DNA of 64,000 bases from Candidatus Heimdallarchaeota archaeon (lineage in GTDB: Archaea; Asgardarchaeota; Heimdallarchaeia; Heimdallarchaeales; Heimdallarchaeaceae): the NCBI GenBank assembly GCA_018238545.1, contig JABCTC010000004.1:32001-96000 (forward strand), read 5' to 3'. The translations under genes and the position numbers were made by a program. The notes beneath the pieces are model-generated. The model worked only from the letters and a program-made list of their open reading frames with translations, did no database searches and was not told the DNA's origin. This document shows positions 48,501 through 58,131 of the stretch, piece after piece. Positions within the stretch are counted from its first letter, which is position 1. Every line of letters starts with the position of its first letter.

Positions 48501-51309
48501 AAAGAATAATCTCAAGAGTATTGATCTCGATATACCAAAAGAGAAATTAGTTGTAATTACAGGCCCAAGTGGGTCAGGCAAAAGTTCCTTAGCTATCGAC
48601 ACATTATTCTCAGAAGGGCAAAGAAGATTCATAGAAAGTCTTTCAAGCTATGCTCGTCAGTTTCTGATTAAAGCAGAAAGAGCAGATGTAGATGACATCA
48701 TAGGTTTAACTCCATCAATAGCTATCGATCAACACTCAATCTCAAAAAACCCTCGTTCTACTGTAGCAACCACAACAGAAATTTATGATTACTTCAGACT
48801 CTTGTTTGCAAAAATAGGCATTCCACATTGTCCTAAATGTAACATAGTTTTGAAACGAAGAACTATAGATGAAATAGCTAATCTTGTTGTAAAAGATTTT
48901 AATAAAATGAATGTTACAATTGCTTCCTCTTTAACCAATGGTGAAAAGATAGATGTTCAAAAAACTGTAAAAGAGCTCGTTAAGCAAGGTTATGCAAGAG
49001 CTATTATTGATGATAAAGAGTATCATCTTGACAAAGAAATAAAAAAACGCAAATCAGATTCAATCTCAGTAGTAGTCGATAGAATAAATATCTCAAAGGA
49101 AAATATTTCAAGATTAGCAGAAAGCATTGAATCAGCTGTTAAATTTGGCAAAGGGAGAGTTGAAATCCATCAAAACAGTCATAAGAACACTTACTCCATC
49201 TATGCAGAGTGTATAGATCATGAATATGAAACACCTGAGGAAATGCACCCAAGATTGTTCAGTTTCAACCATTATTCAGGCTCTTGTTCCACATGTACTG
49301 GACTAGGAACTATCAGGAAACTAGATATGAGAAAGATAGTCAAAGATTGGGATAAATCGATAGCTCAAGGAACAATTGGTCTATATTCTGCTAAACGTAT
49401 GACAAATCCAAATTCCTGGAGAAGAGCTATGGTTCAATCTATCGGGGAGCATTATGGTTTCACATTGGATATGCCAATGAAAGATTTCTCACCTCAACAA
49501 CTTGATGGGTTATTTTATGGTTCAAAAGGTGAAATAGTCAAGATAAAAATGATTAGGGAGGGAAAAAGATCTTCTTCTGAATTCACTAAAACAGCTGAAT
49601 GGGAAGGTTTGATTCCCAGATGGGAAAAATGGTTAGATGAACCTTCTGAATCATTATGGGGTTCAGAATATAAACAAAGATACAATCAGTATTTTACTGA
49701 ATATTCTTGTCCTGATTGCAAAGGAAGAAAACTGAAACCAGAGATATTAGCTATTACTGTTGGTGGAAAATCTATCTACGATTTAGCAAGTATATCAGTT
49801 GATGATTTCCTAATTTATCTAAATAATTTACAGCTTACAAAAAGAGAATTAAAAATAGCAGATAGAATTATCAACGAGCTTTGTAAGAGAGCTCAGTATT
49901 TAGTAGATGTTGGTTTGAGTTACTTAACATTGGATAGAAGAGCTAGTACATTATCAAATGGTGAGGCTCAAAGGATACGTTTAGCATCACAAATTGGAAG
50001 CGGACTAGTAGGCGTTACCTATGTACTCGATGAGCCAACAATTGGTCTACATCCGCGAGATATCGACAGATTGTTAGCGACTCTAAAGAAGTTGAGAGAT
50101 AATGGAAATCATGTCATTGTTGTTGAGCATGATGATATTATCATTAAGGAATCTGATTGGGTAATTGAACTCGGTCCCTTAGGTGGAGATCAAGGAGGAG
50201 ATGTAGTTGTTGCTGGTCCTACAGCTGAAGTTTTGAAAAATGATGTTTCTCTAACAGCACGATATCTATCAAAAGAACATAGAATTCTTACTCCTGACGT
50301 AAGAAGAAAAGCTGAGAAAAACATCAAATTGACTGGAGCATCACAGTATAATCTCAAAAACATTGACGTTGAGTTTGGTTTAGGAACAATCACAGCTGTC
50401 ACTGGAGTTAGTGGGGCGGGTAAATCCTCTTTAGTTATTGAAACACTTCAAAAAGCTCTAGAGAAGCAAATTACTAAAAAGAAGATTGAAGTTGGTAAGC
50501 ATAAGAAACTTACAGGTTACGAAGAACTAGATAAGGTAATTGTAGTAGATCAATCTACATTAAGCAAATCTAGTAGGTCTAATCCCGCGACTTACTTAGG
50601 TGTTTATGATGAGATTCGTAATTTGTATGCAAAACTACCTGAAGCTAAAACTAGAGGTTTCACACCTGGACATTTCAGTTATAACACTTCTAAAGGTCAA
50701 TGTAAGGAATGTAGAGGATTAGGTCAAAAAAGAATTGAGCTGCTTTTCTTATCAGATGTCTGGATATTGTGTCCTGTTTGTAAAGGAAAAAGATACAAGA
50801 AAAGCATTCTGAATGCTCGATACAAAAGAAAGACAATCTCAGACATACTAGATATGACTATAACAACAGCGTGTGAATTATTCTCAAATATAGAAAAGAT
50901 TCGCAAACCTTTGAAAATAGCACATGATGTAGGACTTGGATATCTTAGGATGGGACAACCAACAACTACTATTTCAGGTGGAGAAGCTGAAAGGCTGAAA
51001 ATAACTAGAGAGTTAGCAAAGAAGGGACAAGGAAAAAACATCTATATTTTGGACGAACCTTCACAAGGATTGCACTTTTATGATATTGAAAAACTAATCA
51101 TGATACTGCAAAAACTTGCTTATGAAGGAAATACTATTGTTTTTATCGATCACAACATGGATTTAGTCAAAATAGCTGACAGGATAATAGATCTAGGTCC
51201 AGAAGGAGGGACTAAGAATGGGGGGTATCTAGTAGCTTCTGGTACACCTGAAGAAATAATAGAACAAGAAAAAGGATATACTTGGAAATACCTTAAACAG
51301 GTAGTTTAA
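45553..51309 (+). CDS. uvrA: Tandem double UvrA (two complete UvrA units, four ABC ATPase domains)
   Basis: Walker A GISGSGKSS, GVSGSGKSS, GPSGSGKSS, GVSGAGKSS; signatures LSGGE, VSGGE, LSNGE, ISGGE; QRR..E.LSSYARQF and NPRSTV occur twice; zinc-finger Cys pairs; 1918 aa. Confidence 0.95.
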   Translation: MLKVAKESIRVVGAQENNLKNISIDIPHNKLVVISGISGSGKSSLAFNTIFMEAQRRYMETLSSYARQFIGNFDRPDVEHIEGLRPTISIDQKTISRNPRSTVGTLTEIYDYMRVLYARVGIPHCPDCKVIIEAQPSEQIIEQLFASFEGEKIKVIAPMFEKRKGEYRRELTQWKEDGYNRLIIDGKEINLDDEEVKLERYVPHDIEIIVDRNSCERKNEPSIADSISLALDLTKGKLKIVGEKKTRTFSTKLVCPECGISVNEFNPRDFSYNTPVGACQLCKGLGKIPQIVPEKFINPELSIAKGAIATTTKSLKYITYSGISVKNLNQITKENGFDITTPFKDLTEEQQKLILYGSGKKTYKLKWSWGGDTTTWQGKGEYLTTWKGIIPLTMEGYYRINSLKRKEQLEKLMELSTCPDCEGKRLKPESLAVLFKGKNMADLNQLPIDKCYNFFKKVKITDEEEIIAGPLLKEIKNRLSFLIEVGLHYITLNRGANELSGGEAQRTRLATQIGSKLQGVNYVLDEPSVGLANRDNEKLLNSLMTLRDGGNTVVVVEHDEDTLRNADILVDLGPYAGDEGGEVLFSLAPNELTEKEAKKSTTARYLLGLDEIAIPTKRRKATKYLTLKGAQHNNLKKIDVKFPIGSFISVTGVSGSGKSSLIKDTLYPILVNKLHNGTQSVGKHKKLEGIENLDKVVVINQSPIGRSSRSNPATYTKVLDHLRDLYARLPSALVRGYTKTRFTFNTKEGRCEACKGHGYLKIEMSLLPDVEVECEICKGRRYDDETLKVKFATHSIADVLDMTVSNAMKTFKNQPKIMKILQTLSDVGLGYIKLGQPSTTVSGGEAQRIKLSKELSKTATGSTLYILDEPTTGLSFEDIKKLLVVLQRLVDKGNTIIIIEHNLDVIKIADYVIDLGPEGGEDKGGFLVGAGTPEKIIKLEKSYTGKALKRVLLGEEKNIILEKTEPFDRNLDPANYLYVRGASKNNLKSIDLDIPKEKLVVITGPSGSGKSSLAIDTLFSEGQRRFIESLSSYARQFLIKAERADVDDIIGLTPSIAIDQHSISKNPRSTVATTTEIYDYFRLLFAKIGIPHCPKCNIVLKRRTIDEIANLVVKDFNKMNVTIASSLTNGEKIDVQKTVKELVKQGYARAIIDDKEYHLDKEIKKRKSDSISVVVDRINISKENISRLAESIESAVKFGKGRVEIHQNSHKNTYSIYAECIDHEYETPEEMHPRLFSFNHYSGSCSTCTGLGTIRKLDMRKIVKDWDKSIAQGTIGLYSAKRMTNPNSWRRAMVQSIGEHYGFTLDMPMKDFSPQQLDGLFYGSKGEIVKIKMIREGKRSSSEFTKTAEWEGLIPRWEKWLDEPSESLWGSEYKQRYNQYFTEYSCPDCKGRKLKPEILAITVGGKSIYDLASISVDDFLIYLNNLQLTKRELKIADRIINELCKRAQYLVDVGLSYLTLDRRASTLSNGEAQRIRLASQIGSGLVGVTYVLDEPTIGLHPRDIDRLLATLKKLRDNGNHVIVVEHDDIIIKESDWVIELGPLGGDQGGDVVVAGPTAEVLKNDVSLTARYLSKEHRILTPDVRRKAEKNIKLTGASQYNLKNIDVEFGLGTITAVTGVSGAGKSSLVIETLQKALEKQITKKKIEVGKHKKLTGYEELDKVIVVDQSTLSKSSRSNPATYLGVYDEIRNLYAKLPEAKTRGFTPGHFSYNTSKGQCKECRGLGQKRIELLFLSDVWILCPVCKGKRYKKSILNARYKRKTISDILDMTITTACELFSNIEKIRKPLKIAHDVGLGYLRMGQPTTTISGGEAERLKITRELAKKGQGKNIYILDEPSQGLHFYDIEKLIMILQKLAYEGNTIVFIDHNMDLVKIADRIIDLGPEGGTKNGGYLVASGTPEEIIEQEKGYTWKYLKQVV

Positions 51310-51433
51310 CCATTTTAACGAATACTTTTAAGTGCGTAAGCAATAAGTATCCAACAAACCTCCCTTGGTTTATAGCATAAATTAACTCAAAAGATGAGCT
51401 ATAATAGCATCAAGAAATCTTAGATACACAGTA

Positions 51434-53422
51434 TTGTTTTTATCAGTGCTATTCTTAACTACCCCTTTCATCACAGTTCAGTTCTCAAACGGAGATGTTG
51501 AACTTATGGCAAATTTAGTCCTAAAAACCAATGGAGGAGGCGTTTATCCTGATTATGGCCTTTACATAGCTGATCAGCTTAGAGAGATAGGTATTGAAGT
51601 TGTAGTTAAAGTTGTAGAATGGATACAGTATTTTTATCCATTCACTCCAATTGAATATGATTTAGCAATTAGAGAACTTATTTTTGAGAATGGAGAATTT
51701 GATCCTTATCCGTTTTTTAGTGAAGAGAGTAGCTTAAATTATTATGGGGTAGATAGGTTTATGCCGTATGGTAATCAGAGTGAAACTATGTTGAAAGAAG
51801 GAACCTTGATAACAGACTTTGAAGAGAGGAAAAGTCATTACAATACTTGGCAAAATCTGTATATGGATAAAATACTCCCTTTTATCCCATTATTTTCTAT
51901 TCCTGAATATATTGCAACCTGGTTCAACTTAATTGGGTTCAATTCTTCTTGGAGTATTGTTGATAATTTACCTTATATCCATCAAAATGGTCTCCACCCT
52001 TGTCAAGATGATTTGAAAGAACTGATTATTGCAGACAAAAACTGGAGGAATTTAAATCCTCTGCAAATAGATGACGAGTCTAGAGATTTTGTTCCTTCTT
52101 TACTTTTTGAATCGCTTCTCCAGATTTCCCCAGAAGGAAAGCCAATCAAAACAGGATTAATCTATGATTGGGATATAATTAATGAAAGTTACTATAAATT
52201 TTACATAAGAGAGGGTATCTACTGGAATCCCAGCTACAATTGTACAATAAGAAACGCTGATTCAGATCCTTTATCAACAAATTCAAGCGATTTGATGGTT
52301 GGTCTTCAAGGAACATCTAGTGATGGTCATAACCAGCAATTAACTGCGAAAGACATGGTTTTTACACTACTTGCTTATGCAACATTTCATGTTAGTGAGT
52401 TTGCAGAGAATTACTTCTGCTTAAAAGATATTCAAATTGATAATTCAGACAATTTCTCTTTCTATATTACTGTTGATGGTAATGAAAAAACAACAGAGTT
52501 TGAACCTTATGCACCATTTTGGAACAAGCTTAATGTTCCATGCCTACCAGAATTTTTCTTAAATTCAACATCTTTGTCCATAACTAACACATCAGGAAAC
52601 ATACCTGTAAGGGGATTGTATGAAGGTATAGAAGATACAATTGAGTGGAAAGATTTTGACATATCTTCTTTTGGTTGTGGAAAATATTTGTTAGATTATT
52701 ATGTAATAAATGCTATTACAGTTTTAAGAGCTAGTTCAAATTGGCATGAAATAGGTGCCATTGATGGAATGCATCATGATCTGAGTATTGAGACTATTAA
52801 AATGAAAGTTCTAAGGGATACTGCACCAATAATAAGTGAGTTTCTAGCAGAAAGATTGGATATAATCAAGATAAATTATGAGAGCACGTTTATTAACAAT
52901 TTAGAAAAAGATCCTTTCTTTAAATGTTACAAATTAATATCTAACTCATTTTCTATGCTGATTTTTAACTTACGAAGACCGTTTGTTGGGGGAACTGATA
53001 ATTATGTTTTCCTAGATACTGAAGGAAAGGAGAATTATACAAGGGGTGTTGCTGTTCGAAAAGCGATGTGTTACGCCATAGATAGAGAGGAGATTAATCA
53101 AGCTTTACACGGGGGGAATTTGATAGTATTGGATCATCCAATACCTGAGATTTATGAAAACTATCATAACCCGGAAATAATCAAATACTCTCACGATATA
53201 GACGAAGCTCTTGAATGGCTCTTTCCTGGTTACGACCCGCATCCACCGCATCCATCAATACCTAATTTATTAGAAACACTGTTGATCATAGGTGGAGGTA
53301 TTATATTAATAGGTGCAATTCCTACCTTTTTCATAACTAAAGGATTACTTGAATATAGAAGATCAAAGAAGAAACCTACAGAAACTTCTACAAACAATTC
53401 AGATTCCGCAAAAGATATGTAG
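51434..53422 (+). CDS. Family 5 solute-binding protein, circularly permuted, paralog of 21651-23627
   Basis: IADQLREIGIEV..KVVEW at the N-terminus; LNPL, IREGIYW, LTAKDMVFT, GCGKY, VRKAMCYAIDREEI later; C-terminal TM. Confidence 0.8.
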   Translation: MFLSVLFLTTPFITVQFSNGDVELMANLVLKTNGGGVYPDYGLYIADQLREIGIEVVVKVVEWIQYFYPFTPIEYDLAIRELIFENGEFDPYPFFSEESSLNYYGVDRFMPYGNQSETMLKEGTLITDFEERKSHYNTWQNLYMDKILPFIPLFSIPEYIATWFNLIGFNSSWSIVDNLPYIHQNGLHPCQDDLKELIIADKNWRNLNPLQIDDESRDFVPSLLFESLLQISPEGKPIKTGLIYDWDIINESYYKFYIREGIYWNPSYNCTIRNADSDPLSTNSSDLMVGLQGTSSDGHNQQLTAKDMVFTLLAYATFHVSEFAENYFCLKDIQIDNSDNFSFYITVDGNEKTTEFEPYAPFWNKLNVPCLPEFFLNSTSLSITNTSGNIPVRGLYEGIEDTIEWKDFDISSFGCGKYLLDYYVINAITVLRASSNWHEIGAIDGMHHDLSIETIKMKVLRDTAPIISEFLAERLDIIKINYESTFINNLEKDPFFKCYKLISNSFSMLIFNLRRPFVGGTDNYVFLDTEGKENYTRGVAVRKAMCYAIDREEINQALHGGNLIVLDHPIPEIYENYHNPEIIKYSHDIDEALEWLFPGYDPHPPHPSIPNLLETLLIIGGGIILIGAIPTFFITKGLLEYRRSKKKPTETSTNNSDSAKDM

Positions 53423-53440
53423 TAAGAATCTTTCTCCTTT

Positions 53441-54700
53441 ATGATGCGTACGAATTACCAGTTTGAGAGAGGTAAAGAATTTGCTGAGAAACTAGATTTA
53501 GAAGATAAACTAGCAAGTTTCAGAGAAAGGTTCTATGTTCTCAAGGATTCAATTTACGTAAATGGAAATTCTTTGGGTTTACTGCCAAAAGATGGAGAAA
53601 AAACTCTTTTACGAGTTCTAGAAGAATGGAAAACCTTGGCAGCTCAAGGGTGGATGAGTGCTGAATTACCTTGGTTCTTTCAAGCAGAAAAATTAGGAGA
53701 AAAAGCTGCAGAGCTAGTAGGTGCAACAGCTGATGAAGTTGTAGCAACAGGAACTACTACTGTAAATCTCCATGCTCTTGTAAGCTCGTTTTATCAACCA
53801 GAAGGGAAGAGAACGAAAATATTAGCAGATGAGCTAAACTTTCCTACAGACATTTATGCTCTCCAAAGTCAAGTTAAATTGAAAGGTTTAGATCCTCAAG
53901 AACATCTCATAATAGCAAAAAGTGATGATGGCATTACAATTAATGAAGATAAAATTATCGAAATGATGACAGATGAAATTGCACTCATTGTTCTTCCGTC
54001 TATTCTTTTCAGAAGCAGTCAATTATTAGATATCAAAAGAGTGACAGAAGAAGCTCACAAAAGAGGAATTATGATTGGTTGGGATTGTAGTCATTCTGTA
54101 GGTGTTGTCCCTCATCATTTTGATGAGTGGGGTGTTGATTTTGCTTTCTGGTGCAGTTATAAATACTTAAACGCTGGACCGGGATCGAGCGCTTTTATCT
54201 ATGTCAATAAGAAGCATTTTGGTCTTGAAGCGGCTCTTACTGGATGGTTTGGATATGTAAAAGAAAAACAGTTTGAGATGAATCTTAACTTTGAACAATC
54301 TAACACAGCTGGAGGGTGGCAAATATCCTCTCCATCTATACTTGGTTCGGCAGCTTTAGAAGGATCATTGAATCTAACCTTAGAAGCAGGTATTGAAAAT
54401 ATTAGAGAAAAATCGCTCAAGCTGACCAGTTACCTCATCTATTTAGTTCAAAACCTGCTGACAGATGCGCCATATAATTTCTCTATTGGAACACCTTTAG
54501 ATGAAAGGAAGCGTGGAGGACATGTTGCTATAGTTCACAATGATGCTCAAATAATTAGCACAAAACTTATGGGAAGGGGTGTCATTCATGATTTTCGACC
54601 ACCGAACATAATTCGAATAACTCCTTGTGCACTCAACAACACCTTTGTTGAGATTTGGAAAATTATTAATCTAATCAAAGAAATAATAGATGAAAATTAG
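53441..54700 (+). CDS. kynU: Kynureninase (PLP)
   Basis: GNSLGL, TVNLH, FPTD.Y, WDCSHSVG, WCSYKYLNAGPG, GWFG, RGGHV, DFRPP. Confidence 0.92.
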   Translation: MMRTNYQFERGKEFAEKLDLEDKLASFRERFYVLKDSIYVNGNSLGLLPKDGEKTLLRVLEEWKTLAAQGWMSAELPWFFQAEKLGEKAAELVGATADEVVATGTTTVNLHALVSSFYQPEGKRTKILADELNFPTDIYALQSQVKLKGLDPQEHLIIAKSDDGITINEDKIIEMMTDEIALIVLPSILFRSSQLLDIKRVTEEAHKRGIMIGWDCSHSVGVVPHHFDEWGVDFAFWCSYKYLNAGPGSSAFIYVNKKHFGLEAALTGWFGYVKEKQFEMNLNFEQSNTAGGWQISSPSILGSAALEGSLNLTLEAGIENIREKSLKLTSYLIYLVQNLLTDAPYNFSIGTPLDERKRGGHVAIVHNDAQIISTKLMGRGVIHDFRPPNIIRITPCALNNTFVEIWKIINLIKEIIDEN

Positions 54701-54773
54701 TTCATCTCTTCTTTAAGATTCAATTTCCTAACATTTAAGAAGACATGCTAGAAATCAGATTAGGTGTAGTTAT

Positions 54774-55742
54774 TTGCTAGCTGTTGAAACCAAGAATCTT
54801 ACCAAAATGTTTCATAAACTAAAAGCTGTTGATGGTCTCAATTTAGAGATCAAAGAAGCAGAAATCTATAGCTTGCTAGGTCCAAATGGTTCTGGGAAAA
54901 CAACAACAGTTAGAATGCTCACAGGCTTATTGCGACCAACAATTGGTGGAGCGAGAGTATTAGGCTTAGATATTTCAGATAATCTGCAAGAAATAAGAAG
55001 TCGAGTAGGCCATCTCACTGAAACACCAGCTCTTTATGAGCGCTTGACTGTTCGACAGAATCTAGACTTTTTCGCTAAACTTTACAAAGTTCCAGAAACT
55101 GAAATCAAACCAAGAATAGAAGAAATTGTTGATTTATTTGAGTTACCTGAAAAGCTAGACGAACCTGCAGGAACATTATCAAAAGGTATGAAGCAAAAAG
55201 TTGCTATAGCACGCGCAATGTTTCATGAACCTGAGCTAATTTTTCTAGATGAACCTACAGCTTCTTTGTCTCCTGAATCAGCAAAAGTAATCAGAGAACA
55301 AATTATCAAGTTAGTTAAGAAAGAGAAGAGAACCTTTTTCATTTGTACGCATAATTTGTCTGAAGCAGAGAGACTGTCTTCAAGAGTGGGCATAATAAAT
55401 CATGGAAGACTTGTTGCTCAAGGTTCTCCAGGAGAACTACGAGAAATGCGAAAAGATGAAACAGTAACTGTTTTTAGATTTTCAACTTGGGAAAGCAACA
55501 CCAAAGAATTTTTTGCAGATATGAAAATCGAAATTGTTGAACAAAATCAAGAACAAAAGTATGTATCAGTTATCATCAAAGATATCGAAAAACAAACCCC
55601 TAGTATTATCAATTCATTAACTAAGAACAACTTCCAGCTAGTTGAAGTAAAGCACGAATTTCCAACATTGGAAAGAATATATTTAGAATTTGTGGAATTG
55701 GAAGGAGTTCCTCGGGAAGAAAATAACATGGAGGAGAGCTAG
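54774..55742 (+). CDS. ABC-2 type exporter ATP-binding subunit
   Basis: GPNGSGKTT, LSKGMKQK, FLDEPT, CTH. Confidence 0.92.
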   Translation: MLAVETKNLTKMFHKLKAVDGLNLEIKEAEIYSLLGPNGSGKTTTVRMLTGLLRPTIGGARVLGLDISDNLQEIRSRVGHLTETPALYERLTVRQNLDFFAKLYKVPETEIKPRIEEIVDLFELPEKLDEPAGTLSKGMKQKVAIARAMFHEPELIFLDEPTASLSPESAKVIREQIIKLVKKEKRTFFICTHNLSEAERLSSRVGIINHGRLVAQGSPGELREMRKDETVTVFRFSTWESNTKEFFADMKIEIVEQNQEQKYVSVIIKDIEKQTPSIINSLTKNNFQLVEVKHEFPTLERIYLEFVELEGVPREENNMEES

Positions 55743-56564
55743 ATGGATTTAGGAAGGGTTAAAGCTATCGTGAAAAAAGATCTTCGAGAGATGTTCAAAT
55801 CAAAATACATCTTATCAGCAGTTATAGGCATGCCTATTCTGTTTGCGATATTTATTCCCTTAAGTACATTGTATCCTTTAGTTGCTATCGATTCAAACGA
55901 ATTCGAAGGTGGAGATGAATTTCCTGATTACTTCAAAGATTTGTTTTCTCAAGTGATTCCAAATTGGGATTCTACAGGAGCACAAGGACAGATATTAGTG
56001 ATAATGTCTTACATAATGTACATCGTGGTTCTTCTTATACCTATCATTTTACCTGCTGTTACGGCGTCAGAAACGATTATAGGAGAGAAAGAAAGAAAAA
56101 CTATGGAAGCTTTACTAGCTTCGCCTCTATCTGAAGCAGAATTGGTAACGGGAAAGATACTATCTTCATTCATCCCCTCAGTAGCAGGTACTGCTTTTGC
56201 AGCTATTATTTATAGTTTAATTACCAATATCATGATCTATCCATTTACTAATTCACTTCTATTTCTTGATGCATTATCATTGGTTTTTCTATTTGTAATT
56301 GCACCTTTATTATCGATTTTATCAGTAGAATTGATGATATTAATTTCAACAAGAGTGACAAGCGTAAGAGATGCATATCAATTAGGTTCGTTAGTTGTTT
56401 TACCATTAATGATGCTAATAATTGGAATAGTTGTAAGTTATTTTTTCATCTCAGTAATAGCTTTAATAGGAGCTGTAGCAATTTTACTTACATTATGTGC
56501 AATATTTTTCAAAATAGCTACAAATGTATTTGATAGAGAAAGAGCAATAGTGAAACTAGTTTAG
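55743..56564 (+). CDS. ABC-2 type permease
   Basis: IVKKDLRE, IIGEKERKTMEALLASP, GK; six TM. Confidence 0.9.
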   Translation: MDLGRVKAIVKKDLREMFKSKYILSAVIGMPILFAIFIPLSTLYPLVAIDSNEFEGGDEFPDYFKDLFSQVIPNWDSTGAQGQILVIMSYIMYIVVLLIPIILPAVTASETIIGEKERKTMEALLASPLSEAELVTGKILSSFIPSVAGTAFAAIIYSLITNIMIYPFTNSLLFLDALSLVFLFVIAPLLSILSVELMILISTRVTSVRDAYQLGSLVVLPLMMLIIGIVVSYFFISVIALIGAVAILLTLCAIFFKIATNVFDRERAIVKLV

Positions 56565-56575
56565 TTTCACATTAA

Positions 56576-57076
56576 TTACCATTTTTCATAATGTATTTTG
56601 TTTTCATCGAATCTTTCTGAGGGAGGTTTTTCCTCATCTGGGTATCCTATAGCAATTAGAGAGACAGGCAATATTTCTTTTGGCATCTCGAGAAGTTTTT
56701 GCATTTGAGGATATAGCTCTTCACTTGGATAAACTCCGCACCAGACACTACCTAAGCCCAAAGAATGAGCTGCGAGAAGTATATTCTGAGTAGCAGCGGC
56801 ACAATCTTGAACCCAAAATCCTCTTTCAAAAGATTTTGTTGGATTTCCACAAACTACTATAGCTAGTTTAGCCATGGAGAGCATTTTAGTATATTTATGA
56901 AATTCTGGTATTTTGTCCAGAGTTTCTCTGTTTTTGATAATAATAAATTCCCATGGTTGTCTGTTACCAGCTGATGGAGCACTCATAGCTGCTTTCAATA
57001 ATGATGTTATCTGTTCTTCTGCTACTTCTTGATCAGAAAATTTCCTAATGCTTCTTCGTGATAATATATTTTCCAT
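56576..57076 (-). CDS. Nitroreductase family protein
   Basis: RRSIRKF, APSAGNRQPW, DCAAATQNILLAA..LGLGSVW, IGYP. Confidence 0.93.
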   Translation of the reverse strand: MENILSRRSIRKFSDQEVAEEQITSLLKAAMSAPSAGNRQPWEFIIIKNRETLDKIPEFHKYTKMLSMAKLAIVVCGNPTKSFERGFWVQDCAAATQNILLAAHSLGLGSVWCGVYPSEELYPQMQKLLEMPKEILPVSLIAIGYPDEEKPPSERFDENKIHYEKW

Positions 57077-57189
57077 GTAATCACCTAAGCGTAATTACCT
57101 TTTTTCACCCTTAAATCTATTGGAAAATTGAGAATCTCTTTTCTGATTAATAGTTCATCTAGCAAAAAATACAAAAATGATATAGTAAT

Positions 57190-58131
57190 TTGAAGAGTAT
57201 GGAGATTGGTCTTTCAATACCAATAAAGATGTCAGCTGATGAGAAAGAGCAATATATCTATAAAGCTCAATCTGTTGGAGTAAACAACATATGGATTGGA
57301 GACAATCCTCCTATAAATAACGCTTTTCTAGATATTGGAAGACTAATTTCTAAGACTGAAACTATGAATTTTTGGACAGGAATTACATCTCCCTTCTATT
57401 ACAGTCTTGAAGTTCTATTTTCATTGAGTGTCTGGTTTGCAAAAAATTATCCAAATAGATTTGGTTTGGGTTTAGGAATTGGTAATGTCAATGTCATTGA
57501 AAATACTGAGTTTAAGAAAAAACCATTTTCTAGTTTTAAAATGGAAATCGAGAAACTTAATGAGATAATAGAAATTCGAAAGAAACAAACTGGAGAAGAA
57601 GATTTTCCACTACTTGCGATGGGAGGATTAGGAAATAAGATGATAAGCTTAGCAACTAAAAAAGCAGATTATCTCTTACTTAACAGTGTTTCTGAGTTTG
57701 ATATTGAAAGAGCTGCAATAATGATAAATAGAGCAGCAAGTGTCAATGATAGAAAAATCAAGATAATCCCATATGGAATGATGCAAATTGTTTCAGACAA
57801 ACAAGATATTTCGCTGACAATGTGGAATATAGCAAAAGACATAGCAAAAGGATGCTCTACGTCTATCTTGCGATCTCATGGTTATACTGCAAAAAGAATT
57901 GAAAAGATAAGAAATCTTAGCTGGGAAAGATACAAAAAGGTACCTCAAGGAGAGATAACCGAAATAGTTAATGATTTTGGTTTCTATGGTTCGTTAGAAG
58001 AAATTAAGGAGCGATTGAAGAAAATCAAAGAACAAAAAGAAACTGGCATATTTCAGCAAATTGTTTTAGGTTGGATGTACGAAGAAGATCAATGGGATGA
58101 TATCAAAAAATTAGTCAAATCTGTATGTTGA
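57190..58131 (+). CDS. Luciferase-like monooxygenase (LLM/Mer-like) family protein, divergent
   Basis: G.NNIWIGD, TGITSP, RFGLGLGIG, GG.GNKM..LA...AD, GSLEEI.ERL. Confidence 0.65.
   Translation: MKSMEIGLSIPIKMSADEKEQYIYKAQSVGVNNIWIGDNPPINNAFLDIGRLISKTETMNFWTGITSPFYYSLEVLFSLSVWFAKNYPNRFGLGLGIGNVNVIENTEFKKKPFSSFKMEIEKLNEIIEIRKKQTGEEDFPLLAMGGLGNKMISLATKKADYLLLNSVSEFDIERAAIMINRAASVNDRKIKIIPYGMMQIVSDKQDISLTMWNIAKDIAKGCSTSILRSHGYTAKRIEKIRNLSWERYKKVPQGEITEIVNDFGFYGSLEEIKERLKKIKEQKETGIFQQIVLGWMYEEDQWDDIKKLVKSVC

Noticed and set aside
57190-58131. Calling the LLM gene mer
   Set aside because: Too divergent to assign by eye; only family-level motifs are visible.
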